Positions 41,144 through 56,182 are shown, numbered from the stretch's first letter. The stretch: DNA of 64,000 nucleotides from Octopus vulgaris (GCA_951406725.2 OX597816.1:5580001-5644000), one strand, 5' to 3'. Translations and numbers: made by a program. The notes: a model not told the origin generated them from the letters alone.

Positions 41144-43479
41144 ATGTGTGTCTGTCTGTCTGAGCGTGTATGTACGTTTGTGCGCAAGCGTGTGGGTGCA
41201 TTTGTGTGTATGTGTGTGCGCGTGCGCATAAGGTTTGAAGATAAAGAGTCGGAGCTAATTTTCTTTCCATTTCTCCACAAGTGATGTCTTTATGAAACGT
41301 GTCTTTAATTTACAAAATATCTCCGTAAGAAGGTTCCACTTTAAATTAAATAATTTTACCTAATAACATATCCAAGAATCGGCGAGTAATTCTTTTCATT
41401 TTCCTTTTCTTTTGGCGCAGGCTTTAGAGAGAATGAGCAAACTAATTGAAATTCTTTCATCAATATTGGATATTTATAACATTGAAACATTGGTATTAGT
41501 TCTGTAAGACGATAGTCAGACGAGTTTGTTTTCGCTTAGAATTATTATTCATGTCTGCCGAATGTATAACTCTAGGAATTGATCAGCATATCAATTCACC
41601 AATTTATGTCATAAAAAATGACAGAAACGCATCTTTTTTTTTCTCTCCTTGTTTTTGGTGTTGCCGATAATGCAGTTATATCGCCATTATTGTTTTGTAT
41701 TTGTTGTTGCTGTTATTGTTGTTGTTGCGGTTTTTGTGAATGTGCAATGTGTTAATGTTCTTACTGATGTTTCTGCAACGATGATAATTTGTTTCATGGC
41801 ATCGCTAGTTGTTTTGTTTTCCTTTTTATTAAGGCTGAAACTATTGTAGTTTGGTCGTCAAAACACAAACCTATGATAATTATCTCAACTATCGGTGTTT
41901 TTCACACATCATTTCACCTGTTATTATAAAGTTTATTGTAAAACTTCAAGACGACGACAGCAAAACAGTCAGTTACTGGCCGAGCTGGCCACCGAACTTC
42001 AAACAAAACAATTACTTTACCAGTAATCTTTCTCTCGCTGCAACACAGTTATGATGTAATGCTACACTACACAGATACTGCATTCGAACATTTAGCAAGA
42101 TCTTTATCTGCAAGAACATAGATTTTGTTTTCATTCAAAGGCAACAAAGAAATTGTAATTTTTCCTTTGTTGTTTCAATACTCATCCATCTGATGCATCC
42201 AAATGCACAAGGAAAACACATTTAGTTTGACTTCAACACTTCAAACATTCCATGCCTTCTGTTTGAAACAATTTTATTTTATGAAATACAGAATCAAAGA
42301 TTTTTTTCCCTTGATATAATTTTTTAGTCTAGCTAAGTACTTGTCCAGGTTTCGATTTCCCTCTGAACTGCATCCATATTAATTCTGAAGAATAATATCA
42401 CAATATAGGACCGGATATAGTACCTACGTCACAAAATGTTTCACAGCTCTTTTAAAAATGAGTAGCTGGTTGGTTAGTATGCCAGAGGAACATGTGAATT
42501 TCAACAGCAGGAAGGAACACTATTTGATGTATTACCATAACAGCGAAACAGAAGGAAAAAAGTTTTGATGTATTACCATTACAAGAAGGAGGTACGTAAA
42601 ACAAACTGAATTCGAACCTGATTGGACCAGTAAATCAAGATATAGTCCATAACGATTATATTACAAAGGCTGACTTCATAGTCTCTCCTTCAGAATAGTA
42701 AGCCTGAAAGTGGTTTTGAAACTATATCTTTGTCTAAAACTCACAGAAGATTGGTGTTCCCCTTCTGTCCCATTTTAGCTCTTCCTCAAAAAGAAGATAA
42801 ACCAAAGAATACCTGTGCGAACATCTGGATTATCATTTTGTTAAACGCTGCTTTTTTTCCCAATAACACTGAATTTTTTTTCCGGAAATATAATCGTTAT
42901 TAGAATTTGCATATATTATACGGCAGCCTTTGCCAATAAGAGACAAAATGATACACCGAGCTAGTTAGATAAATTCACTACTATAGATTAACTTTGTTAG
43001 AAACTGTGATTTACTTTCCAAGCAGAGAGACCAACTACAATTACCGTTACATATTTCCAATAAATGCATTCTTTATGGAAGACAACACATGTGCAGCTTT
43101 CTCAAAACGAAATTCAATATGCAGTTTCCAGATATGAGATGTGGATATTAATTTCCATAAAGTATTAATATTGTATACTACCTCTATCACTATTGATCTA
43201 CCTCTCTATCTATCTATTCAAAACAGTTTTTCAACTCTACAGCCTTACATTAAGATGCAAGCATCAATTACATCGACATACAAGAAACTGATGCAGTAGC
43301 TAGCATACACTAAATTACTAGGTGTTCAACAGGAAACCGTGTTACGCTTCTCAGTATTTCTCAAAACAAATTGTTAAAAGAAATCCTTTAACAAAAATAC
43401 ATTTACCCTTCTCAAAGCTTTCTGAAAACATAGTAAATTCCCATAAAACTCTGAAAGATGTATATGTCCTCTCTGTAAG

Positions 43480-43875
43480 GAAGAAGGAATTATGTTTGTA
43501 GAGAAAAGATCTTGTGTCTTCTGTCTCCGCAAAAACTCCTTCACAACTGTTTCACACAGCTGATGTAACATTATGAATGGATGCTCAACCAATCAGACGT
43601 AGATTTGGTATATCTGAATTTACAAAGATATTCAGCAAAGTCTATCACTCAAAAGTAAGCTACAATCACCATAATCTCGGAATTCCCCTTAAAATTATGA
43701 GTGGAGCTGTGTTTTCCTAAAAATCACAGGCTGTTTCAACGAACAACGCCCTCTCTGAAGAGTCGAATATCCAGAGTTGGATAACATAATTGGAGCTATT
43801 ATTGTTTGTAAAACTTCTATCAGACATGCTTTATCAGAGCCACCCGCTTCATAAGTTATGCCCATGATATTAAGA
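43480..43875 (+). pseudogene. highly decayed CR1-group reverse transcriptase fragment
   Basis: VDLVYLN (D.IYLDF), IIGA/LLF (VLGPLLF) and ISYAHDIK (YADDTK) in the expected order. Confidence 0.65.
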
Positions 43876-46800
43876 GCGAAAAAAAACGATGCAAGTTCAT
43901 TGCACGGAAGTTTTCATCGCATCGTTGCGAATTCTTGAACACGGTACAAGTCAGGTTCACCGGACCAGTAACAATTGTAATGGCAGAGTTAGATTGTGTG
44001 AGACCCACAAATTGCAATGGAGAACGACACATAGTTTCATGCCGAAGGGCCACATCCTGAGAACATTCAAAGAATAACACAAAAGATTGGGTTTGTTCTC
44101 AACCAGTTTTTACCCGTTGACTCTTTTCATTCGTATCTTACTCTACTGGACTGCCATAGCTATTTGTTGTTGCAAAACATCCGATTGTATTTTCATAATC
44201 AAAAATAATTAGAAATTGTATAAAAATATTTGTTAAAATATTTTCTGCATGTTAAACGTATAACCGATTTATTACACATAAATTTTAACAACAAACTTTT
44301 ATCTGGACTCCTAATAGTCATATGGACCCCAGTTAAGAATCGTGGGCCTTGAGCATTGCTTTATAATCTCGCGACAAGTTCAATGATAAACAAGTAATCC
44401 AAAGGTCCGACTCAAAAAGGATTTATCCCAGACACCAGATGAGATCTTGGGAAAGATTAAGACTTTGAATTATATTCTTTTTAACGACGAACGGAATATC
44501 CATATTACGAAAGCCTCCGATAGACTGTTGCTAAAAGATTTACTTTCAAAAATATTCAAATCACCGAACTTATTTTCTAGAAGTTATAAACACTGAAGTC
44601 TGGATCAATAATTCTTCGGATAAGCTCAGGTGATTGAAGAATTACCACGCAGTATATATGTGACAGTCTACAGAATCTGTTTTTAATATACAGAACGTCC
44701 TTGTAATGTTTTGTCAGCTATATCCGTGGTATTCATAATCAACTTCACTTTCCTCTCTATTTGTCTGTATTTTGAATAATTCGCTGACGAGGCATAATGA
44801 ATTCGAACCATGTCCATTGCTTTTTGTATGTACTGTCAAACAATATTGACCAGCTTTATGTATAGGGTTACCTCAATTATTTTTTGTTTTTGTAGAAGTT
44901 TAAATAGTTTTTTGATGGAGTTTCTACACAGCAATAGTTCGGATAATACATAGTAATAGTTCTGGTAATTAGTCACTCGAAGTTATAAACAGGTGAGATT
45001 CTAACATGTTTAAACTTAGCGTGCAGCTATTTTCCTTCAACTATATTAAGGTGTAAAGAATCCTGATCACTTTAAACGATAACCTACCACATCAAAACTC
45101 TTCCTACCTCGGCGCCGTCAATAACGTTATTTTCTTTCAATTCTCCTGTTCAATATTGCAGCGACCTCAGCTCCAAGTTAAACCTCATTGATCAACAGAA
45201 AATTATTTGCCGATCGCTATACGCGCGCGCACACATACCTTGAAAAATAAAAATAAAGAACAAATATATTTCTTTAAATATTTTATAGTTGGAGTTCAGA
45301 AACTGATACAGCGAGGCAATTATGTTTCATAATAAAATAATCGAACCGATCGATACCCATATAAAATAGAGTTAGCGTTTCAACGCTGAGAGTGTTTCAC
45401 CTACATAGTCTTTTACGATCTATTATAGACAACAAACTAAACTCTATCTGGAGAATATGGCTTTTACATTATTTACACATTCCTCTTGTATAAAAATAAC
45501 TTATTTTCCCTTTTATGGTGAAGGGAATCATTTCAGGAGAGGAGTCGTTCCAAAATAAATCGCATGCGGTTCTATGTGGCTGTTGCGTTTTTATTTTTCT
45601 ATATTTCACATTATTTTAGTATTTCTTTTTGTCACCTCTGTAAATTCTGGTGATGGATGCTGATGCCAGGCACCAGTTGTGATGCATTTGCGAAGTAATG
45701 CCGAACAATGATAAATAAATAAATAAATATAAATATAATAGCAGTAAATTATCCATTTTGCTCTTTCTGAGAGATTCCATATTATCGAATGATATTAATT
45801 TTTTTTTTCTGACAGGAGGGGGGGGAGAAACGATGTTGACGTCAAAATCCTTTTACAGTGATTTGTTTTTAAAATAGACCTGGGTCATCATAAAATCGAA
45901 ACAAGATCAATCACGGTCACGATAGTTACTTTGTCGACAATTTTCGGTTTTAGTCTCACAATAAATAATTTGATCCTTGCACACACGCAGACATATTCTC
46001 TCTCACAGACACAATCCCCACTGACAGCCAAACGCACATCAACGCGCACACACAGACCATCGCTCACACACGCACACACACAAACACTCTCTCTCATTCT
46101 CTTTCTTTCTATCTATCTCTCTCTCTTTCTCTCCACATCTCACATAAATCCATATAGATATAAATATAAACCCTGTGATCTAGAAAACAGAGAGAACTGA
46201 ATGTGACCTGTAACGGAGAGGACTCGCCATTGATGAAGTTGTGAAAGACGACGCAACGACTCTGGCAAACCTCGCCGACTGATTGATTGGCCGAACAACT
46301 AACCAAACGATCGATTGGTAAAATGGTCATCGAAGTGACAGATAAGAAATAATGGAGTGAAATACAACCGGTGCGTGTGTTTATTATTGGCCACTCAAGA
46401 TACAGTTCGTAAAAAGCAACGTTCTTAAGTTATTATGTTCGGTAAGAAAATATTTTAATGAACTCTGAAAGTGTATCTTCCTTGGGGTCCTTTTCTTCTT
46501 TTATAGAAAATAGAAGTTGCAGGATTATTAAGGAAGCTCATGGTTCCCCTGACATCACTAGTGCCCAGATGTCTACTTTGACAGGATGACACACCTTGCA
46601 AAATTTGAATTCACATGACAAAAGGAGATCTTCGAAAGCACTAAATATTTGGCTTTGATCTGATATTAAGTTGTTCTTCCATGAACCTATTACTGACTTA
46701 AAACTTGGTACCAATATATTGTGAAATAAAAACATTGAAAAGGTTTTCATAGAAATGGGTCTTAAAGCATCGTTTATGTTTTTCTTTCACTCATCAATAT

Positions 46801-48489
46801 TTCACAAATGAAACGCTGAGATGAATACCTGCATGCATGTTACCTTTTGCATTTCGTGATGGATTTGTTTAAATTTTATGAGAATTTTTACCTTCTAGGG
46901 AAATCAGAATAATTTTGCTTATTTTTTGTTTTCTTTTATTTGTATTTTTTGCTGTTTTTTCTTTCCCCTAAGATTCAAATATTCTCACTTAGAAACATAC
47001 AATAAAGCCATATCTGTAATTCCGACTAAAAATAAAATAAAAAATAAAATAAATCAGTTAATTTCATGTAAACATCACAAACTGTAAACCTTTTTTAAGT
47101 CTCAGAAAACTAATCAATAAAAATAGCGCATGTGATGAGTGTAACAGTAAATATGCCCCCACACACAAGAGAAAATTTAGAAACGAAATTATCTTTATTT
47201 TCATGCAGTTTCTATATTATTAGATACAAGAAAATGTATTTTGATTCTAATTGTAGTTTTCCCGAATTAATATCTCTGTTCCAACCAAATATTATGATAT
47301 GGAGGCTGTTTGAGTGGATAAGATTTCGAAATAATCGATTTGTTTGTTTCATGGATATATATATATATATAAATGTAGAAAATATTATGTTGAATTTGGA
47401 TGAGTCAGCGGAATATTCGAGTTACTTGCAAATAATTTTTATCTTTCTTGGGAGATACTTTGGGATCGATAAAGTACAAACAATTACTTGGGTAGATTAA
47501 ATAGAATGAGTCTATCTTTTCTAAATATTCAGTTTATGTTTATTAAAATTGCAATCGAATTAAAATGGCATTACTACATCAAAATATTCACAAACATTAT
47601 AGCATTTTATTATCGTGTAAGCTCGATAAATTGTCTAGTTCTTTGAGGAAGATACTTAAATTCCTCTTGCGTATGTTCAAAATTAGTTTGCGAGTATTTC
47701 ACCTCCGCATTTATATAGAATATATCGACTTTCTTGTAGGATAGAACTGCAACGAAATAATTATGGTATTATGTGTAATTACAGTTTAGTAATATAATAT
47801 AATTATAATGACAAATCTTTTAGCGATGTATGTGGCAATTAGTAGAAAGTAATAACAAGTTCATTTGAAGAGGTAATTACTGGATTTATGTGTACAAAGT
47901 TCAAATTAAAGGAGTGAAATAAGGAACATTCCAGAATTTAAACAAAACCAAAATATTGTAAAAATGTTTCTTATGGAATGAATAATAAATAGGATAATAT
48001 TTTTATAAGTTTGGCTGTGGAAATCGGGGGTGATTACGAACAATTAAGGGCAACAGGGGTACAAACCAAATATTTACGTTTTAAGTTCATTGATTTAAAG
48101 GTAGATATGTGACATACTATAGTTCTGGCTGAAAGTCCGGAACCTTGTAACACCTCACTCACTCACTCACTCAAAACCTCATACTTTCACTCAGAGGGAT
48201 TTAGTTACATGTAATGAAGCTTTATGTTTAACACTAACAGAAACACATCTGGACGCTTGCAAGGTAGACGTAGAGATACACACACCGAAGCATGTTGTTT
48301 TTCGAACCGACTGGAGAGAACTTACTGGTGGAGGTGCCATGTACACCCGGGAAGTTGTTACCCCTGTCGTCATGCTCTTACACTGAAACTCAGTTAGTGA
48401 CACACCGATAGAACATATTTAACAGATCAAAATAGTTATATGTGCTGTATTTCTCCCAGTGGATGCTCTAAATCATGGGCAATCATTCG

Positions 48490-49720
48490 AAGAGATTCTC
48501 AGCAAGATGAGAGATGTATTAAGCAACCTAGACGACAGACTTCACGTGGTTCTTCTAGAAGACTTTAACCTCCTTAATGTCGAGTGGCCTGGACCCGCCT
48601 CCTCTCAAGTATGTCACTGCATGAACAGAGGCAAGTAGTGTCTCTGCCTTTCCTTACAAATACGGCACTCATGTTTGTAACTACTGACAGAGCAATTAAA
48701 TTACTTCTTAAGAGACAGAAACCAAGTTGTAGCAGGCTAAGAGGTCTGTTTCAAGGAGATAGTAACAGAGAGTGAAGCTCCTCAGGGAATTGTCTTAGGC
48801 CGCAGCTGTTTATAGTAGCTCTTTCGGACATGACATCAGTTAAACAGAGAACCACATTTATTAGTTATGCCAACGATATAAAAGTACTATAATCAGTCAA
48901 GGGACTTTTCGATGCTGATCTTCTACAGAAAGACCCAAATGCCATAAAGGGGCTGAAGAGAACAACATGCGTTTTAATACGGGAAAATTCCAATCCTTTC
49001 GCTATCAGCTAGTTTCTGCTAACATGACGCAACAGCGATGCTATAATCCCAGAGTTAGGTACAGTGCATGATTTGGGTATTGATATGAGCCATAACGCCT
49101 CATTTCACGTGGATATCCTCAAAATGGTGGCAATGTTCGGGTGAGTGATCGAATGGATCCTGTGAACTTTCAGAACAAGGGACCAGGAAACAATGCTGGT
49201 TTTACGGAGGACATTTGTTTTCAGGCGTCTGGAATACTACTCTCAACTGTGGTCACCCCACAGTGTCAAATTAATAGTGGTACTTGAAGTTGTTCAGCGG
49301 TGCTACACAAGGAATATTGCATCAATGAAACAACTGAGCAACTGGAAGAGACTGAAAGAATCACGACTCTACTTCCTAAAGTAAAGACGGGAGGGATATG
49401 TAGTGATATACATATGAAATATCCTACAAGTGTTGGAGAAAAACTTAGGCACCGAGAAACTGGATAGCTTGGGATTCAAATGCTCACAGCTGTTTAGTAT
49501 CTTGACAACAAATCAGAGTTCTACCTGGAGAGCAGGAGATGTTTTCAAGAAACAACTTAACCTCTTGCTGCCCCAGATTCCAAATGAACCTACAGCACGG
49601 CAAGGAACTCAAAAGGAGGCCGCAATATAAAATCCCTACTTCACCAAACAATGGCCATTGAGAAGGGGAATAATATTCGATGTTCCCAGCATAGCCACAG
49701 TCCAAAACGCATAAACTGAA
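48490..49720 (+). pseudogene. internally deleted CR1-group LINE (endonuclease, RT and 3' end pieces)
   Basis: VLLEDFNL..VEW, PQGIVLG, ISYANDIKV, AEENNMRFNTGKFQ, RLEYYSQLWSP, QIPNEPT; tail CCCAGCATAGCCACAG. Confidence 0.85.
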
Positions 49721-49746
49721 AAGAATAGAATGTATGTACTAATTAG

Positions 49747-49931
49747 CACATCCAACTTAACTTGGGCGTGTCCTCTGGAACGCCGTAGACTGCGGTAAAT
49801 GTCCTATGAAAACATTATAGACGTTAGATGCTATAAAAAGCACAGATTCTATCGTTTAACGTCTATACGAGATGTTTTCTAAGGACGTTTAGCGCAGTTT
49901 ACGACGTTCAAAATATATTAGGCTGGATGTG
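49747..49931. mobile_element. palindromic MITE
   Basis: CACATCCA...TGGATGTG ends; internal arms GAACGCCGTAGACTGCG/CGCAGTTTACGACGTTC and TATAGACGTTA/TAACGTCTATA. Confidence 0.8.
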
Positions 49932-50834
49932 ATAATTCATATCCATTGCAAAGTCTGCTTCTGTGGCTAATAACTAAGAGATATATTTCTTTATTAGCCA
50001 TACAGGGCTGCACCCAGACGGGACAGATTACAAAGTAGAGCTTTTCTTTTTGGGGGAGAGAAAAAAAAGAAAAGAAAAGAAAAAGGTGGGGTAGGTTTTC
50101 GATCAAAAGGGATCGTGAAAGGGTAAGAAGAGAAAAAAACAAAAAAGGGGGAAAGAAAAAGAAAGAAAAAAGAAAAGACAAAAAGGAAAACGAAAATAAA
50201 ATGATCGATCGATAGATATTATTCTATATATTTTTTTTATTACACTCACAATATCATATCAATATTATATTACACTCAAAGTATTATTTTATAACACTCA
50301 TAATAATACACTAATACACATGCACGCGCCCGTTCTGTTAGCAGACATGAAGCTGTAGAATTATCATAGATAAAATCATAGATAAAATCTCAGAGCTTTG
50401 TGTTAAAAGCACAATATAAATTGGAACAAGACGAGCACCGTCGCTGCGGTGAGTCAGGACACTGAGAGAGAGAGAGGCGACCTTAATGGGAATAAACCCT
50501 CACCATACGAAACGTGATTAATCACTGTGTGGAGTTCCCGTAACCATTGTCATCGAACTTTATTAAATTTCAAATTGTTTTGAAGAGCGTTCACCGAGGC
50601 TCCCTGAAGAGCATCGCAAAACCTTACAGAATCCTCAATTATTAAATCTCAACGTTGAAAATCATTTAACCTAGCTTCACTTTTTCAAGGAAGATGGGAG
50701 ATAGAAACACCAACAGTACAAAAGATCACCTGGAATTTATCCTACTGCCATCACGGTAAAAACTATTTATCAGCCATGAATATGAAACCCAATAGCAAAA
50801 CTGGAAATCGTTAGACCTTGAAATTCGGTAATTA

Positions 50835-51497
50835 AATTGGTTTCAAATTTTGGCACAAGGCCTGTGACTTCAGAGGTGGGAGCAAGTCGATTATATCGAC
50901 TCAACTGCTCAATTTGTACTCATTTTATCGACCGCTAAAGGATCAAAGGCAAAGTCGACTTTGTTGGAATTTGAAATCAAAACGTAAAAACGAACGAAAT
51001 GCTGCTAAGCATTTTGTCCGGCTTGCTAACGGCTCTGCCGCCTCGCCGCCCTGACTTCAATGATTGTATTTGTTTCAAATTTTAGCACAAGACCAGCAAT
51101 TTCAATGGAAGGTAAAAGTAGATTCCATCGACCCAGTATTCAAATGGTACTATATTTTATCGATCCCGAAAGGAGGAAAGGCAAAGTCGACTTCGGGGGA
51201 ATTCGAACTCAAAACATAAAGTCGGACGAAATGTTGTTAAGCATTTTACCTATGTGCTGACGATTCTTATTTCTTTACTACCCACAAGGGGCTAAACATA
51301 GAGGGGACAAACAAGGACAGACAAAGGTATTAAGTCGATTATATCGACACAGCGCGTAACTAGTACTTATTTAATCGACCTCGAAAAGATGAAAGGCAAA
51401 GTCGACCTCGGCGGAATTTGAACTCAGAACGTAACGGCAGACGAAATACGACTGCGCATTTCGCCCGGCGTGCTAACGGTTCTGCCAGCTCGCCGCC
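50835..51497 (-). mobile_element. three co-oriented family C SINEs
   Basis: Core repeated near 50945, 51180 and 51395. Confidence 0.85.
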
Positions 51498-52064
51498 CTA
51501 CAAGACCGACACCTATAAAACAATTGAACTCTCCACTGAAGTGTGTGCGCGCACGTGCGTATGTGCGTGCGCATGAGCGTGTACGGGAATGTGCATGTGT
51601 GGGTATGCATGTATGTATGTGTCTTGGCGTGTTGTTATTTCTGATGGAAACGCTTACTATTTCGGCATCATTATCTATTTAGATATCAAAGTTTTAATGT
51701 GGTCTACTCCAAATTCTTTCTTTTTTTTTTTTTTTTTTCAATTTAAAATTAAGTACCAAATTTTCAAATCTTGCCAAGTGAAAAAAGAATCAAATGTTCC
51801 GAGATTGACGTTATAATTTATGTAAAACTATTTTACCTCTAGCAAGTGATTATTTTAAATTACATTTCCTGCTTGATATGTTTTATTGATGAAGTCATCC
51901 AAACGCGTGGAAAAGCAGAGGATATATGTGGAAGACGCATCACACTCGTTTACTTGCTGTATCGCTGCTTATCAAATAGAAGTGGAGCTTCAGGTGTTGT
52001 GAGTGGATTTTAGATCCGAAATGCTTAACAATTCATTTCTTCGTACACATATACATACATATAT

Positions 52065-52275
52065 AGTTAATCCAAACAAGAAAGCACAAAAAAAAAACAC
52101 AACAATGCGAGGACATGGAACAAATATAGTATTATTGGACGCTCAGCAAAGAAGGAAAGAAGGAGGGTTCAGCGTTTCGAGCGGAGCTCTTCGTAGGAAA
52201 CATAGGAGAAGGAAAGATCCAGAGAAGGGAAGACAGAGGAAAAAAATCGCCAACGGTACACACGAGGTCACGTAC
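52065..52275 (-). mobile_element. Penelope-like terminal fragment with degenerate hammerhead; short inverted relative at 24089-24143
   Basis: Minus strand CCTACGA-A-GAGC-TCC-GCTC-GAAAC-GCT; terminus TGCTTTCTTGTTTGGATTAAC(TA)n shared. Confidence 0.5.
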
Positions 52276-52334
52276 ATATATACATATACACACACGTGAG
52301 TGTGTGTGTGTGTGTGTTTGTGTGTATGTGTGAG

Positions 52335-52624
52335 CAGTGGCGGACTGGCCCTGTTGCCAGCTTGACCGATGGCAAGTGGGCCTCTGCGCCATTGGAATCC
52401 ATATATAGGGGTCCGTATTAGTGTTTAAGGAGCCCATCCCCCTCAAGTGTGAAAAGAATTTTTTAATCACTCCTGGAAGAATGCATTCATTATTTCAGCC
52501 TGGCTTTGTAAACAGTTGAAAAGAATACTTTTAACAAAAGAAAAAAAGATGATAGCATTGTAGTTGCGGAGGGGTGAGGCTTAGTCTCCTGGCAACCAAT
52601 ATTGGTACACCCAGTCCGCCACTC
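52335..52624. mobile_element. hAT-like MITE inserted in (TG)n
   Basis: TIRs CAGTGGCGGACTGG and CCAGTCCGCCACTC; TGTGTGAG on both flanks (probable 8-bp TSD with slippage). Confidence 0.75.
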
Positions 52625-52651
52625 TGTGTGTGTGAGTGTGTGTGTGTGTGA

Positions 52652-52775
52652 CGGCGTGTGGCCAAGTGGTCAGGCGTGCTGCAATCCCGATCGTTAGATT
52701 GTGATTTCGATTCCCAGACTCCCCAGAGCAAAACACTTTATTTCACGTTGCTCCTGTCCACTCAGCTGTAAACGA
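52652..52775 (+). mobile_element. partial tRNA-derived SINE followed by (CTT)n
   Basis: GGCGTGTGGCCAAGTGG...TTTCGATTCCC...GAGCAAAACACTT, as in 8309. Confidence 0.7.
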
Positions 52776-53413
52776 ATAATCCTTCTTCTTCTTCTTCTTC
52801 TTCTTCTTCTTCTTCTTCTTCTTCTTCTTCTTCTTCTCCTTCTTCTTCTTCCTCCCCCTCCTTTATACTTCTGTCGAAACCACACTTTTCCCTCTGCACT
52901 TTATTCACACATTTCTCCTCTCATTGACCACTTTACTTAGGTGCCTTCTCTTCAAAGCTTCACATGACATCCCTCTCCCTCCCTCCTTCTCTTATCCTCT
53001 CTCTCTCCCTCCTTATCCACTCTCTCTCTCTCTCTCTCTCTCTCTATTTTCGGGACACACTCATTCCCATGTAAAACTGCAGTCTCTCCAATTCCTCGCC
53101 ATCCTCATCTCTTTCTCTACCCCATGCTGCCTTCTTCACACTACTCTTTTTATCATGTGATAGCAATGGATCACACACTCACATCCCATCCCTTCGTCCT
53201 GCTACACTGACGCTGTTCCTCTCCCCCGTTTCCTCCGCATCCATTTCCTCGCACCAGAATTCCTTTTCATCACCTCATACTCTCACCACTCTCAATATGG
53301 GAGCTCTTTTGTTTTACCAGTTATAATGTGGATTTGTTCGACTATAACCTTTTAGGCTGATACCCCGGCATGGCTGCTGTCTAATGACTGAAAAAAGCAT
53401 ATGTGTATATATA

Positions 53414-54703
53414 CGAGGGGCGTTCAATAAGTAATGCCCCTGACCCACTTCCCATAGCAGTAGAGCAACGAAACTTGGCACAGTTATTAGTCTTTTTCTA
53501 CATAGGAACCACCCAGAGTTACGCATTTCTCCCATCGTTTGATGCGGCTCTGGAGACCGTTTTTGTAGAAGAACCCAGCTTGGTCCTCCAACCTCAACGT
53601 GACTTCAGAAATCAAGGCTGCATCATCTGGGAAACGCTTTCCTTTCAAAAACAACTTCGTGATTGGGAAGAGGTGAAAATCAGAGGGTGCAAGGTCAGGA
53701 AAGTAGGGGGATGGGGAGGAGTTCATAGCCATACGCCTATGCTTCTGATCTGGCGACAAGCGAGTTGTGGACCGGAGCGTTGTCCTGCAGGAGGAGGATG
53801 CCTTTGCTGATCTTGCCCCGCCTCTTGATTTTGATAACTTCTCTTAATTTCCTCAAAAGTGAAGCATAATAGGCTCCTGCAATTGTGGTACCTTTTGCCA
53901 GGAAATCTGTCATCACTAACACGTCCTGGTCCCAGAAGACTGTGAGCATGACCTTGCCAGCGGAGGGCTGCACCCTTGCCTTCTTTGGAGGGGGTGAGTC
54001 ACGGTGCTTCCACTGCATTGACTGGGCTTTGGTCTCTGGATCATCGTGATGGACCCAGGTTTCATCCTGTGTAATCAGTCTTTTGAAAAATTTTGACTCA
54101 TCTTCTTGGCACATCTCCAAATTCACCCTCGAGCACTCGACGCGTTCTTGCTTCTGGAAAGGTGTGAGCAACCTAGGAGTCCGTCTGGCAGACACCTTTT
54201 GCATATGCAAATGGTCATGAATGATAGTTTCCACAGACCCGGTACTAATCTTGACCTCATGGGCTATTTGGCGAATAATTATGCGTCGATGTTCCAAAAT
54301 GGTAGCCTCAACTTGACGGACAGATGCCTCATCAATGGCAGAAGGGGGCAACCAGATCTGAGAGCTGTTTCCACAGAGTTCCGACCATGTTTGAATTCAC
54401 GATGCCAGCGTTTTACAAGGTCATATAGTGGGGCATCATCACCATAAGTTACTTTCATTTCATCAAAAGTCTCCCGTGGTGTGCGTCCTTTCAAATACAA
54501 GAACCGGATCACTGCTCGACACTCAACAGGCTCCATTTCACACTTGACTCGGTTCAAACCCCTGTAAATCAGAAACCACAATTAATTCAGAGCTGTAATT
54601 TGCCACTTTCTCTATAAAGATATAAATAATTGCACATGCAAAATTTCAGCTCGATGAAACAAATGCAAGTGGGTCAGGGGCATTACTTATTGAACGCCCC
54701 TCG
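53414..54703 (-). mobile_element. full-length 1290-bp mariner transposon
   Basis: Perfect 37-bp TIRs CGAGGGGCGTTCAATAAGTAATGCCCCTGACCCACTT; TA target duplication on both sides. Confidence 0.97.
53487..54536 (-). pseudogene. mariner DD34D-type transposase, two frameshifts and a stop
   Basis: RAVIRFLYLKG, ITQDETWVHH, SAGKVMLTVFWD, LLQDNAPVH and PYFPDLAPSDFHLF split over three ORFs. Confidence 0.95.
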
Positions 54704-56182
54704 TATATAATACAAATAAGAAAATGGAGAAACAAATTTGGTTTGTCCATCAACTTACGGATATTATAACGTTGGATTATTTATTCATTTTACAAATGAG
54801 AACATCAAAAGCATACAAAAATATTACAAAAATATTATATAAATCAATAGATGTATATTGGATAAATGATATCCCATAGTGGGTTACACCCATAACCCCT
54901 ATCTTACTTTGTACTATATATATATATATATATATATGTTTACTCTCTTGAGTTTACATTGATACATTAGCGACTCTGCGGTGGCATATTCTAAAAAGTG
55001 CACTTAAAACAAAATTAACTGCGAGTGTTTTTAGTGACAAAGCGCACTTATCCAGAAAGGTATGGAACATTAGTATGGCTTTCCATAAGACATTCTGTCG
55101 TAAATTCTATAAAATATTTGACAGTCTTTCTCCTACAACTTAAGCTATATCCTGTAATATAGGATATATCCGCCTATGAATTTACAAAAAGTTCTCCCTT
55201 TTTATGAGTAAAACGAAGTCGAAATAAGTCACCCATAACTCAATACGTCAGTAATGGGCAAAAATGTTAAGTAAGATTAAATAAATTAAAAGCAATAAAA
55301 CTAATATGACAAATGATATAACGATAGAATCAGCTTGCGGATAAAAAGCAAAACTGAAATCGTTTATTATACTAAACTGAAAATATAAAAACAAAAACTG
55401 TCCCTAAATATATTCCTGACAGCAACGAAATCTTTTGCGCTTAACATAAAAGGCGATTATTTCTTTGGCTTCTTTACAATAACCAGCATTTCATATGCCA
55501 AGTAGAAAAGCTATAAGACCATTCAACATAAGATTTGATAGCTTTACAACAAAACCCATTCTATGGATCTGCGACGTTCTAATGCTTTCCACGCAAGCAA
55601 TTATGTTCTAGAAAACATGAAACCATTCTTCAGCATTCTTACAATTTATGCTTAAATGTGTTGAAAATGAAAGGTGTTGCGGTGAATTCTTTGTCGCGGA
55701 AACATTGCTATAATTAGATTAACGGCAGCAGCAATAGTTTGGCCCGGTGCTGCCAACTTTGTTTCCATGATAAACTAAGCTGATCACAACTCTGCTAGAA
55801 ATGAAATAGGAGTGAGAGAAAATAAGACATTTAGCAATTTTTCATCATTAGAATTTCTCAAATTCATTGAAAATAAAGAAAGAAAGAAAAGAATAGATCT
55901 ATTGATTTCGTCTTCCTCTGATTAATTTTTTTTTGTTTAAACCTAAAATAAAAGATAGAAAAAATAGTCTTGGTGTTGAAAATAAAGTGTGCACATGAGG
56001 ATAAGAGTTTTTGTTTTAAATATTGTTATTGTTTGGCCGGGTACGAAGAGAAAGTTTGTAGAGGAAGAACTGAGGTGGAATAAATGGTAAAATGTATTAG
56101 TTTAGAGATTCTGGAACGGAAGTCAAAGTAGACTGTTTTATGGTTTTAATGTTGGCTGCGAATGGAGTAAGACAGTAATTCT

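Noticed and set aside
46150-46750. TATA-like and ATTGG boxes with a possible downstream exon
   Set aside because: No sustained reading frame; such motifs are common in AT-rich DNA
50336-50547. Possible solo LTR (TGTTA...AATAAA...TAACCA)
   Set aside because: Imperfect end, no TSD, no second copy in the window
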